From: Octopus sinensis
Taxonomy: Eukaryota
Assembly (NCBI RefSeq): GCF_006345805.1
Contig: NC_043001.1
Location: forward strand, 19,282,001-19,346,000
Direction of reading: 5' to 3'
DNA length: 64,000 bases
Position numbers and translations under genes: made by a program. The notes below the pieces were generated by a model that made no database searches, was not told where the DNA came from, and worked only from the letters and a program-made list of their open reading frames with translations. Within the stretch, counting starts at the first letter, position 1, and each line of letters starts with the position of its first letter. Of the stretch, positions 12,884-24,645 are shown piece by piece.

Positions 12884-14229
12884 GGGATATGTTCAGTTTG
12901 GCTCACAGATTTTTTAATTAATTTTTAAAAACTAAACAGTTTGAAGCTTCGTATATTGGTGTAATTTCTCACGCTGAACACGGTTTACTTTGAATATTTT
13001 TGACAAAATTTGGTATTTAAGAAGTTATTTCGGGTTAAGTTGTCGTAGCTAGGTAATTTTAACCAATCAACGACGTGTATTCAGTAGAAGAAAGTTACTG
13101 CTGTTTGCGATGGTAATCGAAGAGAAACAGCTTCCGGGTCATCTCTACTAAATGTCACCACTGTGTCCTATTTTATTTCTTGTTTACTGCCTGTGTTGCA
13201 CATTACTCGCTTTTTTTTTCTTTTTTTTTTTTTTTTTTTGGTTCTCTCATCGGAGTAACCAGTAAACAACGAAGAATCAATACCAAGAGGGAAGAAATAT
13301 TTTTTACATTTGTTTATTCGTTTTACCCAACATCGTTATTTAAGCCACAGGGCCGAATTTGGGGGAAAATTTTGGTTTTATCTACACATAAAGCGTGTCG
13401 GTGTTTAAAAGACCTATATAGCTACGGGTCTGCAGCTAGCTTTTTGTTGTTGACGCGTTTGCAGTTTCAAAATGCCTTATTTTACAACTATGAGATATAT
13501 TGTTATTGTTATGATTTTATCTTATTATAATCAACAACAAACACATTTCGTCATGATAAAAGTCTTAATTAGATTAGAAATAACATTATCAAAACAGAAA
13601 GGTAAAACAAAACAAATATGCTTTGTTTTCCCAGGCACCAATGTTCTGTAGCCGTAGTCCTTCGCATTGTTCAACAACCGACCTTTCCTCTGAAAAAATC
13701 AGTGGAATCGGTCGATCTCCATACACAAATTATTTTCCTCCTGAAACTTATAAAAAAGTACACACATTAGGTACACCTTTCTATAAGTCGCACATTAAAT
13801 TTTCCAGGTACAAAATAGCGGCTTATACACTGGGAAATACTGAAATTGTAGTGGCAGTGACAAATTCACTCGCTGGCTGGTAGTTGATAGTGTAGAAGTG
13901 GCTGTCTGTCAGTAGAGAGGAAAAGAGTAAGGAATGCACGACAACAGAGTAATAATATTTAGTAGAGATGACCCGGAAGTTGTTCCTCTTCGATTACTAT
14001 CGCAAACAGCAGTAGCTTTTTTCAATCGAATACACGTTCGTTGATTGGCTAAAATTAGCTAAATACGACAACTTTAACACGAAATAACTTCTAAAATATG
14101 AAATTTTGTCCAAAATGTTCACAGTAAACCGTGCTCTGCGTGAGAAATTACACCAGTATACGAAGTTTCAAACTGTTTAGTTTTTAAAAATTAATAAAAA
14201 AAATCTGTGAGCCAAATTGAACAGATGCC
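12884..14229. mobile_element. Non-autonomous DNA transposon with ~270-bp inverted arms
   Basis: 12884-~13155 is the reverse complement of ~13955-14229 (gggatatgttcagtttggctcacagat / atctgtgagccaaattgaacagatgcc). Related single arms occur at ~16860-17040 and ~36015-36390. Confidence 0.8.
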
Positions 14230-14235
14230 TCATAG

Positions 14236-14640
14236 ATCCATTCGTATACAGCCAATCAGGGCTCACCTTGACCTTGTAGTCAAGCTAACAAATACACTCT
14301 ACCAAGTAAACTGAAGATAAAGAACGGCGTTGTAAGTTGATCGATCGCCAAGTTATGCCTTATTTTAGGAGACAAGTGATTCGATAGATTTGCATCTATA
14401 CCTCTTATCGGATTTTGCAAGGGCCCCATATGGTAAAGATGTGAATGGGAAAAATATGGGTAGAGCTAAATGTGCTAGCAACTCTCTCCCCTTACTGCTT
14501 TACAAAGTAAACAACAACACGCAGAGGCAGCCATGGTTGAATTAAGATCAAGAACAACAAGCATTATTAAAAGAGAAAAGAAGCATGATTATTCCTTACC
14601 GAAGTGACCTTATCTTATCACCCACCACTTGTTATGTGCT
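14236..14640. repeat. Unclassified dispersed repeat, paralogous to 23190-23625
   Basis: atacagcca...ccttgaccttg..gtcaag...gccaagttatgcct...atcacccaccacttgttatg aligns colinearly with ~23228-23625. Confidence 0.8.
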
Positions 14641-14756
14641 CGAGCTCTGATTGACTGTAATGAGAAAAAATTTCGCGTCCCGTTCAGAGGGAATGTTGTG
14701 AACTCAGTAATGTTTACGCCATGGAAAACCGGGTAACTGTTCTGATTTAGTCCTAC

Positions 14757-14814
14757 TCTGGTTTGTTCAGTATCTTGAGTTTAAACTTCCACCATAATAA
14801 AATAATTGACACGG
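14757..14814 (-). CDS. Candidate isolated exon encoding the end of a transmembrane helix and a basic juxtamembrane segment
   Basis: Minus strand tttatttaccccag|CC GTG TCA ATT ATT TTA TTA TGG TGG AAG TTT AAA CTC AAG ATA CTG AAC AAA CCA GA|gtagga = xVSIILLWWKFKLKILNKPx. Phase 1 to phase 2. No partner exons confirmed. Confidence 0.35.
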
Positions 14815-15289
14815 CTGGGGTAAATAAATTACCGTTTTAAGCTTTATTATTTAAAGTTCAAATAACAATAGCAATTTAAAAGAAAATAGCACTAACAATG
14901 TTATTTCAATTATTTATGAAGTAATTAAAGACTTGATACAAGAATCAAACAAGGTCTTCTGAATAAGACAACTACATTGGCAACACCGTAATTAAGAAAC
15001 AGAATCCAAGTCGTTGAACCCTAAGCGGTGGAACGAAAACAAGTATTTTTTTTCTTTCATAAAATAAACACACGTCAAATTTTGTCTTCAACTTCAGATT
15101 TTTAAAATTATGATTGAAAAATATGTACAAACCCGAAATTAGTAAAATTATTTCTTGGGTTTGATAAATTTATCTACTGGAGTAAATTTACTTCAGTTTA
15201 GAAACCCCTGGATCAGATCAGTGTACAAGTCTTGCGTATACATAAATAAAACGGACGAACTCATACTCATCAGAAATGAACATAACTAT

Positions 15290-15308
15290 ACATACATACA
15301 TACATACA

Positions 15309-15341
<33 letters not shown>

Positions 15342-16009
15342 GCATACATACATACACACACACATACATACATACAAACACACAAACAAGCATACATACA
15401 TAAATGCATACATACATTCATACATATATTCATACATTCGTACATTCATACATACATACATATATGCATCCATACACACATACATACAAGCATACATGCA
15501 TAAATACATACATATATTTATACATGCATACATACATACATATACACACACACGCAAACAAACAAGCATACATATGCACATACATATATACATACATACA
15601 TACATACATACATACATACATACATACATACATACATGCATGCATGCATGCATACATACATACATGCATACATACATACGTACATACATCATACATACAT
15701 ACATACATACATACATACATACATACAAACAAAAATGCATACATACAGGGCTGGCTGAAGGTACTAGCAACTCGGGGTGCCATGTGCTAGGGGGCGCTAA
15801 GGAGGGCGTGACAAAGGCATGGAAATTTCCACGACCGTCAGCTTGTACACGCCGATGTTCAGCTTGCCCGGGGCGCCAGCAACCCTAGGGCTGGACCTGC
15901 ATACATACATGCATACATACACACATATATACATACATACATTCATACATACATACATACATGCATACATACACACATACATACATACATACATACATAC
16001 ATACATACA

Positions 16010-16040
<31 letters not shown>
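15290..16040. repeat. (CATA)n microsatellite region
   Basis: Imperfect CATA tracts at 15290-15745 and 15900-16040. Confidence 0.95.
15746..15899. mobile_element. hAT-like MITE inserted in (CATA)n
   Basis: GC-rich 154-bp block with CAGGGCTGGC...CCTAGGGCTGGACCTG termini, resembling the CAGGGCCGGC TIR type. Flanked by catacata on both sides, which is uninformative inside the microsatellite. Confidence 0.65.
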
Positions 16041-16042
<2 letters not shown>

Positions 16043-16304
16043 GCCCTAACCACTGGGTCATCATGCCTCCACATGCTGTTGTTGTTGGTACTTTGCCACA
16101 GCACAAAGTTGATTTATTGAATATGATATGACGGTGAAAAGGAGGAAGACAACATGCCGTAGACATGGAAAGTCTGTTTCTATTTTTAGCATAATTACAA
16201 GATCAATCGAAAGTTGAGGTGTGTCTCATTGTATGTAGAGAAATAAATATTGATAGAAGTGGGCGGGTATTCATAGCGTCATTATATCTGTATAGTGTGT
16301 CCTC

Positions 16305-16688
16305 GTGGAGGCGCGATGGCCCAGTGGTTAGGGCAGCGGATTCGCGGTCATAGGATCGCGGTTTCGATTCCCAGACCGGGCGTTGTGAGTGTTTATTGAG
16401 CGAAAACACCTAAAGCTCCACGAGGCTCCGGCAGGGGATGGTGGTGATCCTTGCTGTACTCTTTCACCACAACTTTCTCTCGCTCTTACTTCCTGTTTCT
16501 GTTGTACCTGTATTTCAAAGGGCCGGCCTTGTCACTCTCTTGTGTGACGCTGAATATCCCCGAGAACTACGTTAAGGGTACACGTGTCTGTGGAGTGCTC
16601 AGCCACTTACACGTTAATTTCACGAGCAGGCTGTTCCGGTGATCGGATCAACTGGAACCCTCGTCGTCGTAACCGACGGAGTGCTTCC
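16305..16688 (+). mobile_element. tRNA-derived SINE family C, full length
   Basis: A box tggcccagtgg and B box ggtttcgattccc. Near-identical to 46692-47076. Flanked by atagtgtgtcc/atagtgtatcc, a probable TSD. Confidence 0.9.
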
Positions 16689-17108
16689 GATAGTGTATCC
16701 TTATATGTGTAGCATTAAAAGCATGAAACTAAATGGAAATTGTATAAAAACTGAAAATCAAATTTACAGGACAATGAATGTTCAGTTCATGAATTGTTAG
16801 TGACAGGGTGTTGTCTCAGTTTTAGACGCAGCAAATGATTTTAGCTCAATAGAGGCCATAGGATTGGTTAAAATTCGAAAAATTAAACTACGTTAAACTT
16901 ACAAATTACAATTTTCTCAAAAAAGCCAAGAGAAAAAAATGCTTTATTTTGACACATTCTACCAGTATACGAAGTTTAAAAGTGTTTAGTTAACTAGAAA
17001 TTGTGTTGAAAACTGCCGTTCAAAAGGAAAAGACCCCATCCTTGGCAGTGTCCATCTTAAATCTGACGAGTGTAAGAAATTAACTTTAGACGAGAATCGG
17101 ATTCATGT

Positions 17109-17493
17109 TGTAATGGCACAAACAGCCAGCGCCATATTGGATGAGATCTCGCGGCAGCTATTGCCATCTCCGAGACTGGACCGAGATCTCACCTGCATCC
17201 AATTGCCATGCGCGAGATCACAACGAGGCTCGCGACAACGATGTAGACGGAAAACCGATTGAGAGTCCTCTCTCTTCTCTTTGGCGCCTTTTTTTTACAC
17301 CGCAGCTTTGGCTGAACACGAACGCAAGCAGAGTTTTCTGCCTGCTTATCTCCAGAGGCAATGCACCCGCACTATCGGAGCTTAAGATGGTAGCTGAGAG
17401 CAGCACACTTTATATTTCTTGTAAATAAACCCATCGTAAATAGCATTTATGCTTGAAGTCGTTTCTCTTCGTCTGCCGAAAGCCTGAACTACA
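17109..17493 (+). mobile_element. Possible solo LTR
   Basis: GC-richer block beginning TGTAATGG and ending ...GAACTACA, with a TATA-like tttata and AATAAA. No TSD found. Confidence 0.35.
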
Positions 17494-17766
17494 TAAAGAA
17501 CAAGAAAAACTGATGGCAGAAGATGATGTTCCTCCCATATCATAAACCATGCCTTCTATTACTAAAATGCTTTCCGTTTGTTAAAATGATCCTCATTAAA
17601 TTATATTATAAATCTGAAGCTGTGCAGAGCAAGGAGTGTCTGGATCCTCAGCGAATTTAAAGTTTTTTTTTTTTAATGCACACTAATGCTTAACTTCCAG
17701 AAAAACAAAGAAGCTGTGGTTTTCTGTGGTTTTTTTTTTTTTGGTTTTTTTTGTAAATTGTAAAGC

Positions 17767-18180
17767 ACGGGAGTGGTTGTGTGTTAAGTAGCTTGCTTAT
17801 CAGCCACATGGTTCCGGGTTCAGTCGCACTGCGTGACAGCTTCGGCAAGTGTCTTCTACTATGGCCTCGGGCTGACAAAAGCCTTGTGAGTGGATTTGGT
17901 AGACGGAAACAGAAAGAGGCCCGTCATAAGTGTGTGTGCGTTGTGTGTTTGTGTGTGTGTGTGCACGTGCGTGTGTGCGTGTGTGTGTGTGTGTCCCAAC
18001 ATCGTTCGACGACCGATGTTTACGTCCCAGTAACTTAGCGGTTTGGCAAAAGTGACCGATAGAATAAGTACTAGGCTTCCAAAGAATAAGTCCAGGGGTC
18101 GATTTGCTCAACTGAAAGCGGTGCTCCAGCATGACCGCAGTCAACTGACTGAAACAAATAACAGAATAAAAGACTATAAA
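17767..18180 (+). mobile_element. SINE family A
   Basis: Full head-to-tail match to the other family-A copies. Confidence 0.85.
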
Positions 18181-18429
18181 CATGCTAGATAGCAGAAAGC
18201 ACCAGTATGGTCGGTTTGCTTCGCTACACGTCAGAGGGAACACTATACGCAGATAACAGTTCTATGGATCGCAGCATTTAGCCGAGTATCTTATTACCGT
18301 AGCACTACTTGATAAGAATTGACCTGGGTATGTACATCATTAGCTGTTAGTATTAAATTCTTATCTACTAGTGAATATTGTATTTATTGTGTGAATGTGA
18401 GTGTATTATTGTTACTGTCGCAGTTGCTG

Positions 18430-18798
18430 TTGCTGTTGAGCGTAGCGGTCTCCGTCCTGTAGTGGGAGAAGTCCGAAACGTGGTCCTTTGCTATTCGTAA
18501 GATCTGCAGAAGAGAAAACAGGTCAACCCCCGACACCGAGAGCATCGACGGATGGATGAATGCGCATCCAGGCTCGGCGGTTGCGTAGGAAGTCGGGGAC
18601 AAGAAACAGGAAGAAAGAGTGAGAGAAAGTTGGAGCGAAAGAGTACAACAGGGGTCGCCACCACCCCACTGTCGGAGCCTCGTAGAGCTTTAGGTGTTTT
18701 CGCTCAATAAACACACACAACGCCCGGTCTGGGAATCGAAACCGCGATCCTCCGACCGTGAGTCCGCTGCCCTAACCATTGGGCCATTGCGCCTCCAC
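18430..18798 (-). mobile_element. SINE family C (variant subfamily)
   Basis: Reverse complement of gtggaggcgcaatggcccaatggttagggcagcggactcacggtcggaggatcgcggtttcgattcccagaccgggcgttg ends at 18798. Confidence 0.85.
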
Positions 18799-18924
18799 TA
18801 CTGTTGCAGTTCATATCCGTCCAGTCCTGATTAAGTAGAACTACAATCAAAAGTATTCAAGTTGTGTGACCTTTTGAATTTAAAGCCCTATTATCGTATG
18901 TGTTCTCTGTCTCTTTAAGAGATA

Positions 18925-19309
18925 ACTCTTTACTCGTTACTCTTTTACTTGTTTCAGTCATTTGACTGCGGCTATGCTGGAGCACCGCCTTTAGTGGAGT
19001 AAATCGCCCCCAGGACTTAGTCTTTGTAAACCTAGTACTTATTCTATCGGTCACTTTTGCCGAACCGCTAAGTTACCAAGCGATGTTGGGGGAACAAACA
19101 CACACATATATTTTTTCTCTCATTTTTTTCTCTCCTTTTTTCTCTCCTTTTTTCTCTCCTTGTTTCTCTCCGTTTTTGCTGCGTTCCTTTCTGTGGAAGA
19201 GCGTAGGCTCGAAACGTTAAAGACTTTTTTAATTCCCGAGTGTTATACTAATACACCTGTTTGTTTTCTACACAACTTGTCTTGGTCTTTTGTTTATTTG
19301 TGAATTCTC

Positions 19310-19383
<74 letters not shown>

Positions 19384-19600
19384 CATATACATTTACATAT
19401 ATACATATATACATATACATATATACATATATACGACAGGCTTTTTTTCAGTTTCCGTCTACCATATCCACTCATGAGGCTTTGGTCGGCCCGAGGCTAT
19501 AGTAGAAGACACTTGGCCAAGATGCCACGCAGTGGGACTGAACCCGGAACCATGTGTTTGGTAAGCAAGCTACTTAACACACAGCCACTCCTGCGCCTAT
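18925..19600 (-). mobile_element. SINE family A split by a Penelope-like terminal fragment (~19110-19310)
   Basis: 3' half at 18925-19110 and 5' half at 19435-19600. The insert contains a hammerhead-like CTTT-CTGTGGA-A-GAGCgtagGCTC-GAAA-CG-TT-AAAG at 19187-19222 (+). Confidence 0.75.
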
Positions 19601-20150
19601 GGTTACGTTTGATTTGAAGAAATTTGGCATCTATTTCTGGCAGATCAAATGACTCTTAGAAGCATCCTCATTGAGTCGAGCGTGCATCAGAGAGTTTTTG
19701 TCATACACCTTACTCACCATCTATCAACACCTGTTCCTATAAAAGCCAGAAACTAGTATAATTTCAAGGACTTCACGACACTCAGTGGTAAATACAGTGA
19801 GTCACGGAAGAAGCTCTACAGCTGCATAGACCATTGTGTAGGCATTGGAGTATACAGAGTTTGTCGATATAACGTGTAGCAGTCTCTAAACCGAACGACT
19901 CGACAGCCGAGCGGATGCCTTGGTAAGATCACTGTCCTTTCATGTGATTAGCTGATTAACCGACCAATCAGCATTAAGCTATCACGTAACCTTCGAATGA
20001 GGACGTTTCTAATCCAGTTTCGGATTCTTTGCAGCCACTTGATGTCAAGTATTCTCCTCAAACATGTGAATCGGAAGCTGTCCATTTTTTTTTTCCTTCC
20101 GCTTTTGTCTCTTCATAGGTTCCGTATTCATAGAATAATACTGGCTCGAA

Positions 20151-20597
20151 GGTGGCGAGTTGGCTGACTCATTAGCATGCCGGGCGAAATGCTTAGCGGT
20201 ATTTCGTCTACCGCTACGTTCTGAGTTCAAATTCCGCTGAGGTCGACTTTGCCTTTCATCCTTTCGGGGTCGATTAAATAAGTACCAGTTACTGGGGTCG
20301 ATACAATCGATATAATCCGTTTGTCTGTCCTTGTTTGTCCTCTCTGCGTTTAGCCCCTTGTGGGTAGTAAAGAAATAGGTATTTCGTCTGCCGCTACGTT
20401 CTGAGTTCAAATTCCGCCGAGGTCGACTTTGCCTTTCATCCTTTCGGGGTCGATTAAAAAAGTACCAGTTACGCTCTAGCGTCGATATAATCGATATAAT
20501 CCGTTTGTCTGTCCTTGTTTGTCCTCTCTGTGTTTAGCTCCTTGTGAGTAGTAAAGAAATAGAAATGGGTATTTCGTCTGCCGTTACGTTCTGAGTC
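20151..20597 (+). mobile_element. SINE family B with tandem partial duplications
   Basis: Head ggtggcgagttggc...gagttcaaattcc and central gactttgcctttcatcctttcggggtcgat (resembles the Deu/Nin SINE domain as I recall it). The body repeats at 20379-20560, with a third stub at 20568. Confidence 0.85.
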
Positions 20598-22648
20598 TTA
20601 TATTCTGGTGACTATTTCCAGCAGTTATAAAAAATGTTTTAAAGCGCTCAGAAAGCAGTAATGTCATTCTTGATTTACTCAGCTAACTTGTTATGTACAG
20701 CTGTCAATAATAAAAGCGTCATAACTCATGAGGTCATTAAAAAAATCGTTTAAAGGTTTACGACACGTTCTGTATCGACAGTTGTAGTTGTTAAACTTCA
20801 GGTCAGCACTGATCAGTCTGACATGTTATCATAGACAACCTTGACGTGAATATCCCGTTAAAGACTATATTTTTCTTCCTTATTTATTCCTAAAGGCAGT
20901 ATGAAGGAGATATGATTGTTGTGAGTCAACAAAGTGGAAAGTACATTTCGTTCACGAATCATTCTTTTGCTAAGTGATAGTCAATAATCTTACTTAGCTG
21001 ATCGGTTGCTGTGTTCTTTTTACATAAACCAGCAGCTTCTAGCTTTTAACTAATTGTACATGGCGGACTTCTCTGCTTAGTTACCATTGTGTAGTACCGT
21101 AGTGTGGTTTGTCAGTTAAATAACTAAACTGAGTGCAAACGAATGACGTCTGCTTCAAAGATGCTTCTACTTGTCTTCAAATTGTTTGTATGGTAGTATC
21201 ACTGTCGATGCACCATAAACCAAACAAAACATAACACGTCTCGGTAAACCATTGCAAACATATCACTTGTCGCTATTAATACATTACAATACCAATAAAT
21301 GCAGTAAACATAATAGTGGGATACATTTATTATATATGTGGTGGATCTTGCAAGCATGAAGTGAATTCGATCCACCATAGCCAAATTTAAATTAACACTG
21401 CAACAGAACTTTTCCCACGGTGGAACAATGGTTCTTCTCTGACAGCAGTTTTACATTTTCCAGATGCCTTTAGCTAGGCCGAAATAATGTCTTCACCGCT
21501 TGACCCTTTCTAACCTTTTCTACTTCACCAAAAGCTAGAATAGAGATAACAAAACCACCAACTAAATCTATTGTTCTCGGTGATATATCTATCCTTCTGG
21601 ATAGTTATATAAGCAAGCACACCCCAAGCAAAAATCAGTTAGTCACAGGCTGACCAGCTAGAACCTTGGTCAGAGGGAGAAATGAAGATTACTGTCAGCA
21701 ACTGTGAGGCAACGTCCCAAACCCTACAACTCTCACTAGCTCTAATTCTGTTCTCTTACATTATTCTATCTCTCTCCGCAATTACTACTAAACAATAAAT
21801 AGAACTCAAACACAAACGTTACTTCGCATGCTTTTGGATTTATCGTAACCTGCCCGTCGAGGCAAGGTATTGTAACGTAACGGTAAATAAATATTTCCTT
21901 AAAACTTCATGCATTGTCCATCTTTCACATCTTACAACTTGCCGTCATAACAACAAAACTTTAACGCTTACAACTGGTGACCTCGAACAAAAGACTTGCA
22001 GCTTTCCCAAGAACCAACCGTTACAAACAGGCGACCCCAACGTTGCACCATAACAGGCATCGCTACAAAAATAAAACAACGCCCCCCCCCCTGCTACAAT
22101 TGGTGACCCTCGACTTCAACTAAACACTTTATCGTTACATATATGAATGGTAACATATCATAAGACTGGATTCTAGTGAGGATTGTCAAGCTCCTCTCAT
22201 CAAACTGGCCCTTTGATTAAATGCAGGTTAATTCAGTGAGGTTTTTTTTTGTTTTTTTTCAGGGAAAAAGTGCGTTTTGTGAGCCGGGATATGTGATAAT
22301 TGTTTCCGTTATGTTTACGATTTAATTGCCAATGTTGGGATACGAACTTATGTATTTCTGAATCGTCAGTCCAACAATCTTTCGACTCGCCCAGCTGTTA
22401 CACACAGCTGACGTGTACATTTATTTCAACTCCTAATAAACAATATTGATTTTTCTGTCTTCTTAGTGCGAGGTTCATATTATTGCAAAGTTTATTATAT
22501 CATTAATTAACTTTATTTTAGTATATTTATTGATTTCTTCCTTGTACCTAAGGCCACGTATTTTGGGTGAGGGTGAGGGCATATAGTTTACAATAAAGTG
22601 GTGATTTGACTTAGTTGTTAGAATGTCGGATAGATTGCGTTCAAATAC

Positions 22649-23128
22649 CTATTTCTTTACTACCCACAAGGGGCTAAACACAGAGAGGACAAACAAGGAC
22701 AGACAAACGGATTAAGTCGATTATATCGACCTCAGTGCGTAAATGGTACTTATTTAATCGACCCCGAAAGGATGAAAGGTAAAGTCAACCTCGGCGGAAT
22801 TTGAACTCAGAACGCAGCGCCAAACGAAATACTGCTGAGCATTTCGCCCGGCGTGCTAACGTTTCTGCCAGCTCGCTGCCTCTGCGTTCAAATACCTATT
22901 TCTTTATTACCCACAAGGGGCTAAACACAGAGGGGACAAACAAGGACAGACATAGGTATTAAGTCGATTATATCGACCCCAGTGCGTAACTGGTACTTAA
23001 TTTATCGACCCCGAAATGATGAAAGGCAAAGTCGACCTCGGCGGAATTTGAACTCACAACGTAACGGCAGACGAAATACTGTTGAGCACTTCGCCCGGCG
23101 TGCTAACGTTTCTGCCAGCTCGCCGCCT
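22649..23128 (-). mobile_element. Two head-to-tail SINE family B copies
   Basis: Copies at 22649-22880 and 22896-23128. tgcgttcaaatac occurs at 22636, 22883 and 23130. Confidence 0.9.
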
Positions 23129-24294
23129 CTGCGTTCAAATACCGCGAGGTCAAATTGGTCTTTCGTGCTTTCGAAGTTAATAAATAAAGTACCACGAGTG
23201 TTCCGGACCCCCAGCAATGAACTCATTTGCATACAGCCACCTTGACCTTGTTGTCAAGTTAGCAAACACAATCTACCAAGCAAACTCAAGATGAAGAACG
23301 GTGTTGTAAGTCGACCGATCGCCAAGTTATGCCTGATTTTAGAAGGAGACAAGTAATTAGATAGATTTGCATCTATACCTATTATCGGATTTTGTTAGGG
23401 CCCCATATGGTAAAGATGTGGATGGGGAAGATGTGGGTAGAGGGTGATGTGCTACCAACCCATTCCCCTTACTGTTTTAGAAAGTATACAACAACACAAA
23501 TAACTACGCAGAGGCAGCCACGGTTGAAACAAGAACAACAACAAGAAGCAATATTAAAAGAGAAAAGAATGGTCATTCCTTGCCCAAGTGACCTTATTTT
23601 ATCGCCCATCACTTGTTATGCGTTCATAAATTAGTTTGATAGTTCAGCTCTGGTTGGCTTATGCAAGTGAGTTCATAACTGGAGTCCGGAACTCTCGTGG
23701 AAAAAAAAATTTCGTGCCTGGCTGCACATCTAGTTACATCTTGCTGCTAATAGCAATCCATCGACGGAGATAACAGCGTCGATCCTAGGTATTCATCCTC
23801 CTCTTCCACCTCCAGCTCATTGTTTCTTATGAGATCAGACATGGTTGACAAGGCTGATACTTGATGGGCAGATCCTGTGATAGTGAGGGCACTGAAAGTA
23901 ACCCTGAACAACAACCGTACGCAGTTGCGGATGCAGGGGCGTTGCCCTAGTTACCCGGGCAGCGAACTTTTTCCAACGAGAGTTCTAGATCCCAGTTATC
24001 AAAAGGATCTTTTCTGTTTGGTTTTCATTTTCCAATTCCTTTAATTTCGTTCCAATTGATTTCAAATTTTGTGTATTGATGTAGTTTTGTATGCTAATTA
24101 TGGAAATGAAATTCATTTTGTCCCATAAATTAATAAATAAATAAAAAGTTAATAACTTTTGCACTTTGGAAATGTTGGGTAATTTTAGCCAATCGAAAGC
24201 CACAGACATCATATAGGTACCTGTTTCCATAGTAACAAGCAAAAGTATACTTTTATCCAGGGGTGGACTGAAAGTATTAAGGGCCCTTTTCCTC

Positions 24295-24560
24295 AACCGA
24301 TCCAGCTCTCTTTAAAACCATAGCAAAATACGTCAAAATGGAAACGGGTCCCATAAAATTCAAAAGTTCACTGAACAAATTTCTTCAAAAAATCCCAGAC
24401 CAACCTCTTACACCCGGATATCTCTCCCACTATAATCGCTCTTTGCTAGAGTGAGCCATGGTTCCCTATATATGACTAAAAAACTTCACCAGGTGGTGCT
24501 ATTAAGTTAGATATGGCCGGGGCCTGTACTGGCGGAAATCTATCTAAGTTATCAAAGTTA
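24295..24560 (+). mobile_element. CR1-clade LINE extreme 3' fragment
   Basis: TDPALFKTIAKYVKMETGPIKFKSSLNKFLQKIPDQPLTPGY, followed by the same caggtggtgctattaagttag 3' UTR as 6133-6200. Confidence 0.75.
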
Positions 24561-24645
24561 GTATGAAGAAAAAAATTCTTGGCAGGAACATTTACTGGCG
24601 GTGCTCCCGAAAAGGATGCAAGGAGGTGTGTGTGTGTGTGTGTCC

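Noticed and set aside
12370-15275. CTGATGA matches on the minus strand near 12395 and 15266 as hammerheads
   Set aside because: Neither has a pairing stem I or a correct GAAA...UH arrangement.
16305-16380. tRNA genes at SINE heads (also 46692, 39541, 18720-18798)
   Set aside because: A and B boxes are present, but each continues into a ~300-bp SINE body and does not give a clean cloverleaf.
21190-21500. Degenerate Cys-rich (EGF-like) or multi-TM coding segment on the minus strand
   Set aside because: All frames contain several stops and no consistent motif spacing. It is too ambiguous to call.
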